This document shows, piece after piece, positions 12,977-26,356 of a DNA stretch of 64,000 nucleotides. The DNA is from Vermamoeba vermiformis (lineage: Eukaryota). The DNA is taken from NCBI GenBank assembly GCA_045837725.1, contig JBEWZL010000121.1, positions 310,001-374,000 on the forward strand, given 5' to 3'. The notes beneath the pieces were generated by a model. That model worked only from the letters and a program-made list of their open reading frames with translations. It did not search any database and had not been told where the DNA came from. Both the position numbers and the translations under genes were made by a program. Numbering within the stretch: the first letter of the stretch is position 1; each line of letters starts with the position of its first letter.

Positions 12977-14476
12977 TTAGTTCTGCAGCAAGGCCTTGAT
13001 GTTGTTCGGGGTCTCGGGGTCGTTGATGTGTTTGCTGTACCTGATCGCATTCAACAGACCGTCAGTGGGACTCTCCGTGTAGCCCTTGAGCGCTTGAATG
13101 CACGCCTTGACCTGTCACCGCACCGTCAGTACACTGGCCTGGGGGGACGCGTGCTGAGTACTTACGTTGATGGGCGACTTCTTATAAAACGCACCCTGTT
13201 CATTGACATTATCTACAAGAATAATACAGCCTGTCATGGCGCGCAAGCAGAACATGTTGGTCTGCACATTCGCAAATCTGCACGAGTGCTGTTAGTACTG
13301 GCGGCTGCAAACACTGCTGCTGTACGTACTTGCGCTTGGCAACCATGTCCTGACAGACATTGGCCATGAGAGCGAGGCCTTGAATCACCGATTGCTTGGT
13401 CACGGCTCCGTTGCCGGACTCGAGGCACTTGACGGTGGTGTCTGCCAAGCTGCGCATCATCGGTGTGGGGTACGCGAAGAAGAGGGACATGCGATTAGCG
13501 AGCTCGTCCTTGATCTTGATCGCATTGGCCTCTTCCTTGCTCAATTTCATGCGGTTCAATGTGCGGCGGTAATATGAAAACTCGTTCTGAATGCCCGGAG
13601 TGACCATCTGCAGTGTGTTAGTGCTGCGCGCTAGGCACGATAATAGCGTGCTATATGCAATCAGGTACCTTGCAGTCATCGAAGCGCAAGACAAAATCGA
13701 ACACGTCGGCCAATTGTTTGGCGAGGGCCTGTTGGTTTTTCAAGTTCTCGTTGGCATTGCTGTTGCAGAGTGTGATGAGCAGACGCGGGAACACTTTGTC
13801 TGCAAGCACAAAATTAATTAATTATTATTATTATACGTCTAGCTACTACTAGCGTGTGGGAGTTGCAAATGAAATTAATAAATAACTGCCGCAGCATGGA
13901 TATATGCTTACCAAGCTCTAATGAAAATTCATAAAAATCTTTGAGCTGTTCTACAGCGGGGAGAAGTGCCTCCCAAGCAGATTTCTCCGTCTCAGCTCCT
14001 GGACTGTTAATTGCCTGTACACAGAATATGTGGTTAAAAAAACTGTAAAATATATATATACATTATTTCAAGTATGCTAAGGTTGATTAATCGACATTTA
14101 AAATCAAATCAGATCCGTACCCGACGGATAGCTTCTTCGCACTTGAATGTTGTTGTGTAGTTGCGTAAATTTTCAACAATTCCGTTCGCCCTATCTAACA
14201 CCATAGCAACTTCTTTGTGAATCGAGATTTCTTCATCGCCGGTAGGTTGAGCATCTAAAAAGTTGATGTAAAAAATTAATACCCGTGTGAACCAGTATCT
14301 TCGTTAAAATTAAGTCGTGGTGTATTAAAACTGAACTAAATATCCATTGTAGAATTATTATTTCAATATTTGGCTGTTCTGCAGGCAAATTAACTCCAAA
14401 ACGTACTTTCAAAGTCGATGAAGATGTCCACAGTATTCTTGTCTTCTCGTTGGAAAAGTGAGGCTAAGGCACCCAT
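12977..14476 (-). CDS. CYRI: CYFIP-related Rac1 interactor (FAM49/DUF1394)
   Basis: N-terminal MG (myristoylation), IFIDFENAQP, PGIQNEFSYYRRTLNRMK (Rac-binding RR), ANRMSLFFAYPTPM. Confidence 0.95.
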
Positions 14477-14673
14477 AATTATTCAATGAACAAGAGATCG
14501 AATATGTTGTGCGCTATAAATTACAAGACTTATTATTTAAAAAAAAACGGCTAACGCTAATCCTGCCTAGCGAGATTTTGCGCAACAATCCTTCGGAACA
14601 ATTAGCGACCACCGCGCTGCACCCTGACACGCTTGCTGAGCGGCATTGTGACTTATAGTGCATATTTAGTATC

Positions 14674-15085
14674 ATGGCTACCGCAGGTCCCACTGTTGCA
14701 TCATTATATCGCAGTCTTTTGCGCTTGGCAAGAGAGATTCATATTTTTGTGAGTTTAGCATTAGTTCTGCTTGCTTGTCTCGTAAACTAATATTAATATT
14801 TAATTTTAGAATAATCGATTGGACAAACCTGACTTAAATAAAGTTATTCAAATTCAATTCAGAGGCAGAGCAAAAGATACAGATCCAAAAAGCATCCAAG
14901 AACACAAAGCATTGTAAGCAGTCGAGGATGATTCAAAAATATTATTTGGATTTTTTTTATTGATTTATTTTGTTTTCAGAGCTCAATATTGTCTGCGCCA
15001 TTACGGTGCCATTTTCGAACAACAAAAGCAAGCAGGCCGCGACAAAGTGCTGCATTTACGCAACAGACCTAGCAGACACACATAA
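14674..15085 (+). CDS. LYR-motif (Complex1_LYR family) small mitochondrial protein
   Basis: Three exons: MATAGPTVASLYRSLLRLAREIHIF / NNRLDKPDLNKVIQIQFRGRAKDTDPKSIQEHKAL / AQYCLRHY...RHT*; absent from the ORF track. Confidence 0.75.
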
Positions 15086-15342
15086 TAACACCACCTGCTA
15101 TAATGTAATAAAACTGTGTATATTCATCCGCTTGTCACGATAATATCTGTCAGATCCATGATCCACCACTTGACCAGCTCGATTAAGGTAGAATATGCGC
15201 CAGTTAGTTATAAACAACATCGCGCGATGTTCTTGTGCAGCATGCATCGTGTTGCAGTGCAGTTTGAGCGAGACCGCGTTGTGAAAAAGTTTCGCGCGCT
15301 TTGTTCATTCAGTTCTTATTGCTCCCAAGCTGAGACTACACC

Positions 15343-18300
15343 ATGACAAGCCCTTGGAAATATGGGTCTTGGCTCACTGAAGCAAAGTTCAGCTTGCTAA
15401 CCAAAGAACAGCTTGCTGAAGAATCCGACAAGCTGATTTCAGGTTTGAAGGAAAAGTTACAGACCTTGGAGGCACAGCAAAAAAATGAAAAAATTACCTC
15501 AGGTAACATTATTACTAATTATTAGCCTACAACGTACAATACCGGTGAATTATTTTGAATAATAATAATATTTATTTAGAGCAATATTTTCATCAACTCG
15601 AACAGAATTACGTCAATGCGCGTGCTGAGAATGAGGCCGCGAACAGACGATTGGAGAGTGTCAAGCAAGAGAACGAGACACTCGGTACGTGCCAGTGATT
15701 GTGCAGATCTAGCGCGCACTACTAACAGCCCCGCAGCACGTCAACACGATGAGCTGAAGAAGGAGATCAGTGCCCTCAAGGGACACGTGGCACAGCGCGA
15801 TGAAGTGATTCAACAGCACAAGCGCGAATTGAACACTGCCTCGCAAGACAAGCGCGAGCTCATGGAAGTCGTCGAGAAGCGCGACAAGCAGCTGGAAGTG
15901 CTGACGGGTATGGACTGTACATTAGGACGATATAAATGCGCAGTGCTAATGTGCGTCAGAGGAGAACAAGCGCCTCACTCAACGCGTCACCAGCACGCAG
16001 AAAGAGTTCTCAGAATTGCAGCGCAAATATCACGAGATTGACGCCAATCACATCTCACTGCAGGTACGTAGTTGTAGCGCGGCCTATCTACAACAGTCGC
16101 TAATGATCGCGCACAGTTTGAGAAGACACGTCTCGAACAAGAGCGCGATGCCCTGAAGAACTCGAACACGTGGCTGGACAAGGAGCTCAATCAGAAGTCG
16201 AGTGACATTCTCGAGCTGCGCAAACAGAAGGTACGCACATTGTTATTATTGACACTAGTACTAGTAGAGCCCCTACTCACTGCCACCAGTCCACCGAGGT
16301 GTTTGCACTGCAGAAGCGCGTGGAAGAGCTCGAAGCCGAGCACAAGTTGCACACAGAGCGCAGTGCCCTGTTGCGCAAACAAGCGAGTGAGAACGAAGAG
16401 CGCGCGCAGAAGTACTTGCAGCAGTACCACGAGGTGAAGCAAGAGATGGCGCGCACGGAGGAACAGCTGCGTCAAGAGCTGACCTCGAGTCAGAAGTTGA
16501 TGCACTTGTACCAGCAGAAGGCCGAAGAGTCCTCGCAGCGCGTCAGTGATTTGCAGGGCGCGATTGACACTCTGCGCACACAGCTCGAGGCCTCCAAGCG
16601 CTCATTCAACGAGGAGCTGCATCGCGTAAGTACTCGTCACGTGTGACACAGCGACACTCACCGCGGCCTCTCATTAGGAACGTCATGCGCGCACACAGCT
16701 CGAACAAGAGCTCGATGAGGCACATCACGATGTCGAGAAGTTGCAGAAGAAGTTGTCAGATCTGGCGAGTGCAGTGCCGTCACAGCTGCTGATGAGCGAG
16801 GACCAGCTCAAGGCACGCATCGATGAGATGGTGCAGATACCTGATCGCGAGCGATTGCAGCTCTTGATTGGACTCGAACAGAAGTTTGAAGTCGCCGCGC
16901 ACCAGCTACAAGTGGAGCGCAGTGAAAATCGACGCCTGAACAACTACTTGACGCAGATCTTGCAGGAGATTGAAGAGAAAGCACCGCTCATTGAAGAACA
17001 GCGGCGCGAGTGGGACCGATCGATCCGTCAGCACGAGCAGTTGAGCACCAATCTCGAACACGCCTTGCGCGCCAATGAGAAGTTGACGATTGAACTCAAT
17101 CTGCTGCACAAACAAAAGGCCTCGTTGTCGCAGGAGTGCGAAGACTTGGCGCAACAAGTGCAGATCTTGCTCAAAGAGAGTCAGCGCGGTGCATCGAGTG
17201 CCCCTGACCCCATGGACGAGCACGAGGGCACGCAAGATGTCGCGCAGCTCGTGGAGTTCACCAGCATTCAACAGCTGCACTCGCGCAACAGAGAGCTGCT
17301 GAGACTGGTGCGCGAATTGAGTCGCGAGCACGAAGATCACGAGCAGCAGAGTGCCACCAACATGCTCAACAAGGCCGTGCAGGAGTTGAAAGAGCTGCGC
17401 GAGGACAGACAGCGCCAAGAGGAGCGCGTGCAGACCCTGAGCAAGAACTGCGAGATGTATCAAGTGCTCTACACGCAGGCAGAGGCACGCGTCAAGCTGT
17501 TGATGAGTGAACGGCCGCACGAGGCACGTCGTGTCTCAGAGGGCGAGACGAGTGGCACTGACACTGAAGAGCTGCATCGCCGCGCTGAGGAGTACGAAGT
17601 GAAGCGTCGAGAGCTGGAGACCAACATGAAGATGTACGAGCGCGATGCACGTGAGCTGCGCGAAGAGTGTGCCAAGCTGCGCATGCAACTGGCGCACAGT
17701 GAGAGTCAGACGGCCATGCTGCAAGAGCGCACACGATCTCTGCACCAACAGCTGGAGAGCGAGCAGCGCACCATCAAGGTGCTCGAGGAGTCCAAGCGAC
17801 ACACCCTCGAGTCCATCAATCGTGTGGAGCGCAGTGAGAGTGAGCGCGCAGCTGAACTGGCACGTGTCACCGATGAGCTGCGCCGTGCAGTGAAGGAGCG
17901 CAATGAGCTGAAGAGCGAGGCTGAGAGCTTGCAGCGACAGATCACTGAGCGCACACAGGCAGCCAACAACTGGCGCACACAATTCGAGCAGTTGAGTGGC
18001 ATGCACGCTGAACTCCGCGCCATGCACGCACAGCTCGTGGACACGCAAGAGCGCGCTCGTCAAGAGCAAGAGCTGCACTACGAGAAGTGGCGCAATGAGA
18101 TCAAAGAGCTGAATGACGAGCGCACTCGTGCTGCCAGTCAAGCACGTCAAGAGCGCGAGGCTGCTGAAGCACGCGTGCAACACGAGACACTGCGCCGCGA
18201 ACAGGCTGAAGAGGACTTGCACCGTCTGCGCGAGGAGTTGATGAAGACACAGCACAGCTTGGAGAGTGCGCAGAAAGAGCGTGCACAGCTGCAGGACCAA

Positions 18301-20826
18301 GTGAAGACGAGTGAACAGCGCGTGCAATCCCTGACACAACAGCTCGAGGGCAGTGGGCAGAACATGTCTGCACAGCGACAGTTGGAGCTCGAGCTCAGCG
18401 TGGCACGCACCGAACTCGTCAACTTGCGCGAGGAGTTGTCGCAGGCACAAGAACACATCACGCACTACAAGAGCATCGCGCAGTCACAGAGCGAGACACT
18501 GACCGATGCCATCACCAAGACACAAGCGCGCGAGCAAGAGATTGATGCACTGCTCGTGGAGAAGAACGCACGCATTGAAGAGTTGACACGTGTCAATGTG
18601 GATCTGAAGCGTCAAGCCCTGGAGATCGGACAGATCCACGGCAATGAACTGCAAGGCATCATGGGTCAGATCAGCGAGAGCAATCAGCGCCTCGCCAATG
18701 CCATGCGCGAAGTGGAGCAGTTGAGGCAACAACTCGCCCTCGCAGCCACTGAGCGTGAGGGCTTGGTGCGCGACAAACAGGCCACGGAGCAGCACAACGA
18801 GGAGTTGCAGAGCAGCTATCAGCGACAGGTGCGCGAGCTGTCCGACACCTTGGAGCGCGTGGATCGCCTCAAGAGTGAGCTCAAGAGCCGCGAGCAGACT
18901 GTGCGTGAACTGCAAGAGCGCGTGACAGCAGCAGAGAGTGTAGCGCAGAGTCAACAGGAGTCACTGAAGCGACGCGAAGTGGAGTTGAAGCACCACGAGC
19001 ACGAGTTAGAGCAACAGCTCAAGGACGCGCAGGCACAGATTGAACTGATGCACGCACAGCTCGAGACCATGACACACAGCTCGGGACTGTTGACTGCCCC
19101 GCCCAGCGAGACCTACGACATGGCCCAGCTGGACTCGCTGATGGCAGGCGAGCAGTCCACCACTGCCAGCGTGCAGATGAGTGACTTGTGGAGTCTGCTC
19201 AAGTACGTGCGACGCGAGAAGGAGATCTTGCAGCTCAAGTACAACGTGCTGGTCGCGGAGCACGACAGACTCAAGGCACACTCGCAGCTCGTGGAACAGT
19301 CGCGCGAAGAACTGCGTGTGGCACTGAAGCAACAACAAGAAGCGAGCAGTCAACAGCCCGAACTGTCCCCCGCAGAGTACGAGTCAGTCAAGGCACAGCT
19401 CAACGAACTCAATCTCCTGCGCGAGAGCAACACCTTGCTGCGTCAACAGAGTCAGGAGGCCAGCGATCAACTCGCCGCACTGCGCACACAACTGCACACC
19501 TTGCAACAGTCCATCGATCCGATCAAACAAGAGCGCGATCTGGCCCGCCGAGAGCTGGAGCAAGAGAAGAACATCAGCACCAATCTCGAACAGAATCTGC
19601 AAATGTGGAAGAACAGAGTGAACACGCTGATTGACAAGTACAAGAGCGTGGACCCTGAAGAGCACGCCAAGCTGGTGCGTGAACTCGAAGAGACGCGCAA
19701 TGAGCTGCGCAAGGTGCAGGAACAGGTGACAGCTTTGACAGCTGCTGGCACCAAGCGCGACGAAGAGCATGCCACCAAGGCCCGCGAGCTCGAAGAGCGT
19801 GCCAGTGCTGCAGAGAAAGAGCGCGAGACCTTGAAGACTGAGAACGAGAAGCTGCGCAATGTGGTGGTGCGCGCTCGTGCCATCAAAGAGCAGCGCGACA
19901 AGCTGGAGAAGGAGCTGGAAGAGGCCAAGAAGCTGCAGAGCGGCGAAGAGGTGAAGCGTGCGCTGGAAGAGACGAAGAAACAGCTCGAGGTGAGTCAGAA
20001 GGCGCACAGCGAGCTGCAGGACAAAGAGCAGAAGGTGGAGACGGAACTCACCGCGCTCAAAGCACGACACGACAAGTTGCGCGCACAGTTCATTGCACTG
20101 CGACAGAGACTGGCCACTCAGGTGCAGAGCGAGACTCAGAGTGCCAGTGCTGACGTCACCCCTGCACCCACCAGTGTCACTGTACCGACTGCCGTCACTC
20201 CTGTCACTGCTCCGAGTGCTGTCACTGTACCGAGTGCTGTCACTCCTGTCACTGCACCGAGTGCCACTGCAGTGTCCACCCCCGCCCCCGACACCACGAC
20301 CCCAGCCGACACACCGCTCAACGAGTCCACTGCCGAGTCCGCCCCCGTGCCTGCCTCGGAGGTGATGACTGACGTGCCTGCCAGTGAGAGTGCAGTCAGT
20401 GCCCCCGGTGACAGTGCTGTCCCTCAGCCCAGCGAGCACAAGACTGAAAGTGCTCCGGTCGCTGAGTTGCACGGTCAAGCCACCCCTCCTCTGCAGCCCG
20501 AGGACCTGGAGCCTGAAGAGCAGCAGAACACTGAGCCCCTCACACTGCCGCAACACAGTGCGCGCACTCGACCCATTCACGAGGCAGTCGCGTCATCAGT
20601 CACTGCCCCTATCAACAGTGCACGTACGCGTCCCGTTGCGGAGGCGGTCGCTGAGAGCAGATCTCACTCCACGGCTGCGAACACCAACACCGCGGCCAGT
20701 ACGACGGGCGCCAAGAGAAAGGCCGACAGCGAGCCTGCAGGTCAAACACAAGTGAAGCGACCACGCTTCTCACGCCGTTTGACTGAAAAACAAGACAAGC
20801 CTGATGTTCCGGATCAAGCACAGTAA
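15343..20826 (+). CDS. TPR: Nuclear basket nucleoporin TPR/Mlp1
   Basis: Very long coiled coil with YLTQILQEIEEKAPLI, LVEFTSIQQL, LLKYVRREKEI, LNELNLLRESN, WKNR; disordered C-terminus with basic NLS-like KRK...KRPR. Confidence 0.93.
20170..20280 (+). repeat. Imperfect coding tandem repeat (units of about 9-18 nt, PVT/VTxPSA)
   Basis: Repeated GTCACT-G(C/T)(A/T)CCGAGTGC units inside the TPR tail. Confidence 0.7.
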
Positions 20827-21099
20827 TTCGTTCAGTGAAAATGTAAATAAAATTGATAAATTGAAGATAGCCACGTGCGTACGGAATGCTCTAATGTCTA
20901 TTCAACTCCGTTGCAAGTACCACTACCACCAATAAGCAACGTCATTGATAGCTGACAATCCCTCTGTCAGATCCGCAGCCTCAGTGCCAAAGATATTTTC
21001 AAGTGGAAGTTTAACTCTGACACCAAAAATATTGTAATATTATTTAAAATTTAAGTAATAATTTTCCAATAAGTAAACAACGAAAACAGCACAAAAACA

Positions 21100-22718
21100 A
21101 TGGATGTCGATCGGATCGTGGAAGTTAGTGCGCCCAGCAAAGTAATGATATGCGGCAGTTACGTCGTGCTATACAACTACATTAGCTCCGTGCTCACCAC
21201 TACAGCGCGCATGCACGTCACGGTGCGCACTCAGCCCGCTGAACTGTACGTGCCTGAAGCGCATGTCATTGTCGAATCTCCGCAGTTTGGCAGCACTTTT
21301 CAATACAAACTCAACCCTCCTGGCACTAGTGATGACCCTCGCTTATTAAAGTATGTAATTCACGTGAATTGCGCGAATGTACTGACACCGCTCAGACAAG
21401 TGAGTGGATCTGGCAACAAATACATCAGCGACAGCATTGAATACGCACTGATGGCTATGCAAGATCTTGCTGAGAATATGAAGCGTCTTGTAGCCATGCT
21501 GGACACTGCACAGCGCGTGTTGCACATTGTGATCCGCGGCGACAACGACTTCTACTCACAACGCGCGCAGTTGCAAGAGCTCAATCTGCCACTCAGCGAA
21601 GAGGGCTTGAAACAGCTCCAGCCGTGGACTCATGTCGGCTCGCAAGTGCGCAAGACAGGTCTGGGCTCGAGTGCTGCCCTGGTCACTGCGCTCACTGCTG
21701 CTCTGTGCGTGTGGTTGGACGTCTGTCACGTGACTGCTGACCAATCAGCGCTGAGCGAGACAGATCTGCGTCACATCCATTCCCTCGCACAGATTGCACA
21801 CTGCACAGCACAGGGCAAGATCGGCAGTGGCTTTGACGTGAGTTCAGCGGTGTTCGGCAGTCAAGTCTATCAACAGTTCCAGAAGCAGCAAGTGCAACAG
21901 TTCATGGATCTGCCCTTCACCGCGCAACAGATGCAGCTCAGACCACTCATCACCTCGTGGACCACCACCACTCATCGCGCCATGCAGTTGCCTCCAGGCC
22001 TGCGTCTCGTGCTGGCCGATGTGTACTGTGGTGCAGACACGCCGTCGATGGTGAAACAAGTGCTCGCTTGGGCCTCAGCACATCCCACTGACTCCAAGAC
22101 ACTGTTCGACACACTCAACAGCTACAATCAGCGCATCGTGCTCTTGTTTGATCTGTTGAACAGACTCGCGCAGAATTCACCGCACTACTGGTCAGATCTG
22201 CATCGCTGCGCCACTCTCAAGCAACAACAGTGGCACGCTGAGTGGCCTGAGAGTCAACAGCTGCTCGATGGTGCACTGCCTGACATTGATCCTCGTCCTG
22301 CTGCCGTGCTCACTGCACTCGCCACTGTGTTCAACTCCTTGCGTGCCTCGCTGCGTCACATGTCAGAGGTGACAGGTGTCGGCATTGAACCTCCAGCACA
22401 GACGCGTCTGCTCGATGCTGCAATCAACACCGTCACGGGCATTGTACTCGCTGGTGTACCGGGAGCTGGTGGACTTGACGCACAGTTCGCACTTGTGATT
22501 GATGTACCTGCCCTGCAACAACACGGCATTGCGTGGCAGGGACAAGAGCCGAAGAGTCAACTGCACTCGCTGTGGCAAACTTGGACTGAAATGTAAGTAC
22601 AGGCCTAATTCGCGAATGAATGACTCTATTGACACTTGGTGACAGGTCCGTGTGTCCATTGTTAGCGCAAGAAGACGGCCGAGGTATTGCGTGCAAAGTA
22701 GAGCACAACAAGGTGTAA
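21100..22718 (+). CDS. ERG8: Phosphomevalonate kinase, ERG8/GHMP type
   Basis: SAPSKVMICGSYVVL, GDNDFYSQ, KTGLGSSAAL, HCTAQGKIGSGFDV, IEPPAQTRLLD, GVPGAGG; short final exon ends TAA at 22718. Confidence 0.93.
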
Positions 22719-22815
22719 ATTAAATAAATTATTTTCATTTTTCAAACTATAGTTACATTCTACAATTGGTGATACCAATATCTTACATTCGTTGGTTTAA
22801 ACTGCAGCGCACAGT

Positions 22816-24683
22816 TTAGAAGTTTTCTTTGTGATAAATGAACTTGGTGCCCTCTTTGGCGTTGGTGAACTTGCGCGAGGCCGCATCAAGGCGTCGTGAG
22901 AGTGCGACAGGGCCGCAGAAGAACACACCGACACGGTGGCCAATGAACTTCTGCGCGGTGTCACCGAAGATCTGATTGAGATTGGGTCTGCCAAAGATCG
23001 TCTTGGCCTCGAGACCAGTGATCGAGTCCGTGTTGCCCTGCGCGTTGTACATCACTGCACGCACTTGATCTGCGCCCAGTGTGCCCGTGAAGTACAAATT
23101 GATCGTCAAAAAGCTGCACTTGCGCTCCAACTCTGCGAGCAAATCAATGAACCACTCAAAGCTGTTCGTGTCACGATTGACCCAGTAGAACGACACTGAC
23201 TTGATGGGACAAGTGGCGTCAGCGTTCTCAATGCGGTACTTGATGGACTTGAGAATAGAGGCGAAAGGTGTGACACCAATGCCTGCAGCCCAGAGCATGA
23301 CATTCTCGAATTTGAAGGCCTCTTCTGATGCAGCACCGAATGGGCCATCGACGAGGATGATAGGTCTGCCGTTCGGTGCAGTCAACATGTTCTCTTGCAC
23401 GAGTCCCATCTTGTTCTCGGGATTGAGCAGACGGTGCAACATGCCCGTCCAGTCACCAACAATCTGATGGGACACCTGTCAGTACGAGTGCTGCACCAAT
23501 CAGCGGCGAGTACTTACACGAATGTGCACGCTCAAAAAGTCCTCGTCAGGGCTCGATGAGATGGTGAAGGGATGCCACTCAAAGCGCGCAATGTACGGAC
23601 AGCCCAAGAAGACGTATTGGCCTGGCTTGTAGTTGAATGTCGTCTTCTTCATGCGCAGTTCAAGTACTTTAGAGGGGTGTTGAATCGCTTGCAAGATGAT
23701 AGTCGATTGACTGCCGCGCACGAGACGAATGATGCGCTCGATCAGATACAGCACGCCCGGACCAATGAACCAGCACCAGAAGTTGGGCGGCTCCAAGATA
23801 CCTCCCGCACCGTGGAAGCAGAGAATACCGAAGAACAATATGAAGAGGTGGTGCGTGAACCAGAACACTTCGAACATGGGTCTGCGCACACCAGATACAG
23901 CGGTCGTGTACATGAAGAGCATGACTACTGTGACTAAGTGACCTGACCAGCCCGGCAAGCTAGTGAATGCCTACATATCATCATATTAATGCAAATGTCA
24001 ATAATAGTGCGATTATTTGGGCGCACCAGATCGTTCGGGGTGGGATTTGCTCCAGCATCACCAGGAACAAGTCTGATATTCTTTAAGGCTTGAAGATCGC
24101 CAGAAGAAATACTGTAATAATTGTAATAATGCGAGCAACTAATAAAGACGTTAATATTTTCGAAAAAGACTGGATTCGCAATTCAATTTGCGATTGCATA
24201 CATATGAACTGTAGCTAAGGCAGCAATGGTCCAAGCAATGCCCTTGTGGAATGCAATATTCTTATCGACAGGCAAATAAGTACCAACCCAAGTGCCTCGA
24301 ATCCTGGTTTGATTTCGAAAATCCGTTAATTTTACGTGCAAAAAACTAAACCGAATCTTATAAATAATTACCATGATAAGAAATTACGCAATACAGTGAG
24401 GAGAATAAATGCGCAATTGATTTTAATCGCAGCAGCACTTGCTCGCGCGAAAGGAACACCCCATCCAACAACAGCTGTAACTTCTTTGTGGCCTCCCCAC
24501 TCATATTCTATACGTAATTTTAAGTATTGTGGGGTGTCATATTATAATTTCTAATTATTTACCGTAAAATCTTTCAATAAAGAGGACCATATTAGCCAAA
24601 ACGTAAACTGAGAGGAATGCGGCTTTTACACCGTCATTCACCCAGAAATTACGCATATCCTTGGATGTGAACCCCTTAACCAT
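22816..24683 (-). CDS. noxA: NADPH oxidase catalytic subunit (gp91phox/NoxA type, no EF hands)
   Basis: Heme-ligand His helices (FHKGIAW...H, FWFTHHL...FHG), EWHPFTISS, VDGPFG, AGIGVTPFAS, GVFFCGP, terminal HKENF. Confidence 0.95.
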
Positions 24684-25035
24684 CTTGTTAGAGTTGGATA
24701 CGAGGTGTGGTTGTGTCGTCTGTGTAGTCGTAATTACAGCGAATATTAGTTTTTTTCGAGACACGTGCCTCTGTTCAGTGAAACACAATTGTGCGTATCT
24801 TGCGCACATTGGACGCGTAATGATACGAAATTAACGGAACAGGTATGTTTATACTGGGGCAAATCCATGCATGACTAAATACTGCGCGTTGTAAGCAATT
24901 AAATCGAATAAAATAGGAGAGGGATCTGATAAAAATTACTGCAATGTTTTATGTACTGGCAACCTGACCGATGATTGTGACGCAATAAATAATTTACTAA
25001 TCAAAATTGTTGTATGTACAATGTGTTGAGTACGA

Positions 25036-26356
25036 TTACTGTTTGCCGAGGCCCTCGACGTGTTTGGCGTTCTGTTTGGCCTGTTGGATCACCTCGTCAC
25101 TCACGCGACCACCGCTCTTCTGCTCACTAGTCTCTTTAATAGCAGCCTCCATCGAGTAGATCTCTGAAGGCAAGATGTTCAGCTCGATGAACTCGCTCTT
25201 TTGTGCGCGGATCTGTATCAATTTGTCGGACATGGCGTGATTGACATCGCGGTGACTGCACTCATCTGCGCGCACCACCAGCACCACATCGCGCAGTGTG
25301 GCATCGGCGGGCAGACCCCAGTACTCAATGGCCACTGCAGGGGCTGGCACGTTCTTGATGATTCCGCTGTCGATCGCCGCGAGGAATTTGTTGTAAGTTT
25401 TAACGGCCTCTTCTATAATGATCGAGAATAGGCTCGATTAGTATATTGTACTGGGAACGAAGCAGATCGAGCACGTACCTTCGAGGTAACCAGTGAATCG
25501 ATGCGCAGTCTTGGGGAACAAGATGTAGAAGAATGTATAAGCAGTGAAGAATGCACCTTGAGTACCAAAGATGACAATTCGTTGCGGAATGGTCAGATTT
25601 GCGATCTGAACGGAACATTAGACAGCAGCTCGATTAATTATGAGATTGCCAGATATATACCTTCATAAATGCATGTAAGTGCATGCGCTCATTTTCAGCC
25701 TCGTCCAACAACACTTTGATCCAGTTGTCAGTCTCCAAGCGGCGCAATGAACGCAGATGGTGGCTGATGCCCGCGACCATGCCCGGCACTGCAGCTACTG
25801 TCTCCAACATGCACGCGCGCAAGAGGTAGTTGGTCTTGAAGTACATATCTGACACTACGCGCAGGAATCGCACCATTTTGTAGGCGATTTTGTCGGAGAT
25901 CGTTTTAGGCGCTTTGTGCGGGAAGTTCGGGGTAGGGCCCACATCCAACGCTTTCAGAACTTCGCGAGGTGTCCACATATAAGAGGTGGAGGAGCGATGG
26001 TACACAGAGCTTGATTTCTTTAATTGTTGCGCTGGTATAAAAGATATTAAATTTCGGTCGATTTTTGAAATCCGAAGAGAAAGAGAATAATGCCAAAAGG
26101 TACCAGACTATATACCTTGATCACCATAAATGGCATCAGCAGGAAGGTAAGCTGGTCGTTGACTGTGGAATGAGCGGGCTAGGAAGGAGGTGAAGGCTGA
26201 CTTCTGAGTCGATGAGGGTTTGGCAGTTGAGTGTTGACGCACAGTGAGTGCAGGGACCGCTAGTGCTCTACTCGCTGCATTCATTGACGAGCGCGAGGTT
26301 AAATTCGCCACTCGTCTAGTGCAGGTTCTTATAAATAGGGAGCTGTTGCTTAGCAT
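25036..26356 (-). CDS. AOX: Mitochondrial alternative oxidase
   Basis: Presequence; [40 protein letters not shown]. Confidence 0.97.

Noticed and set aside
16906..20580. Long antisense ORFs (up to 398 aa) opposite TPR, and similar ones opposite other genes
   Set aside because: Shadow ORFs from codon bias in GC-rich exons; no recognisable protein features
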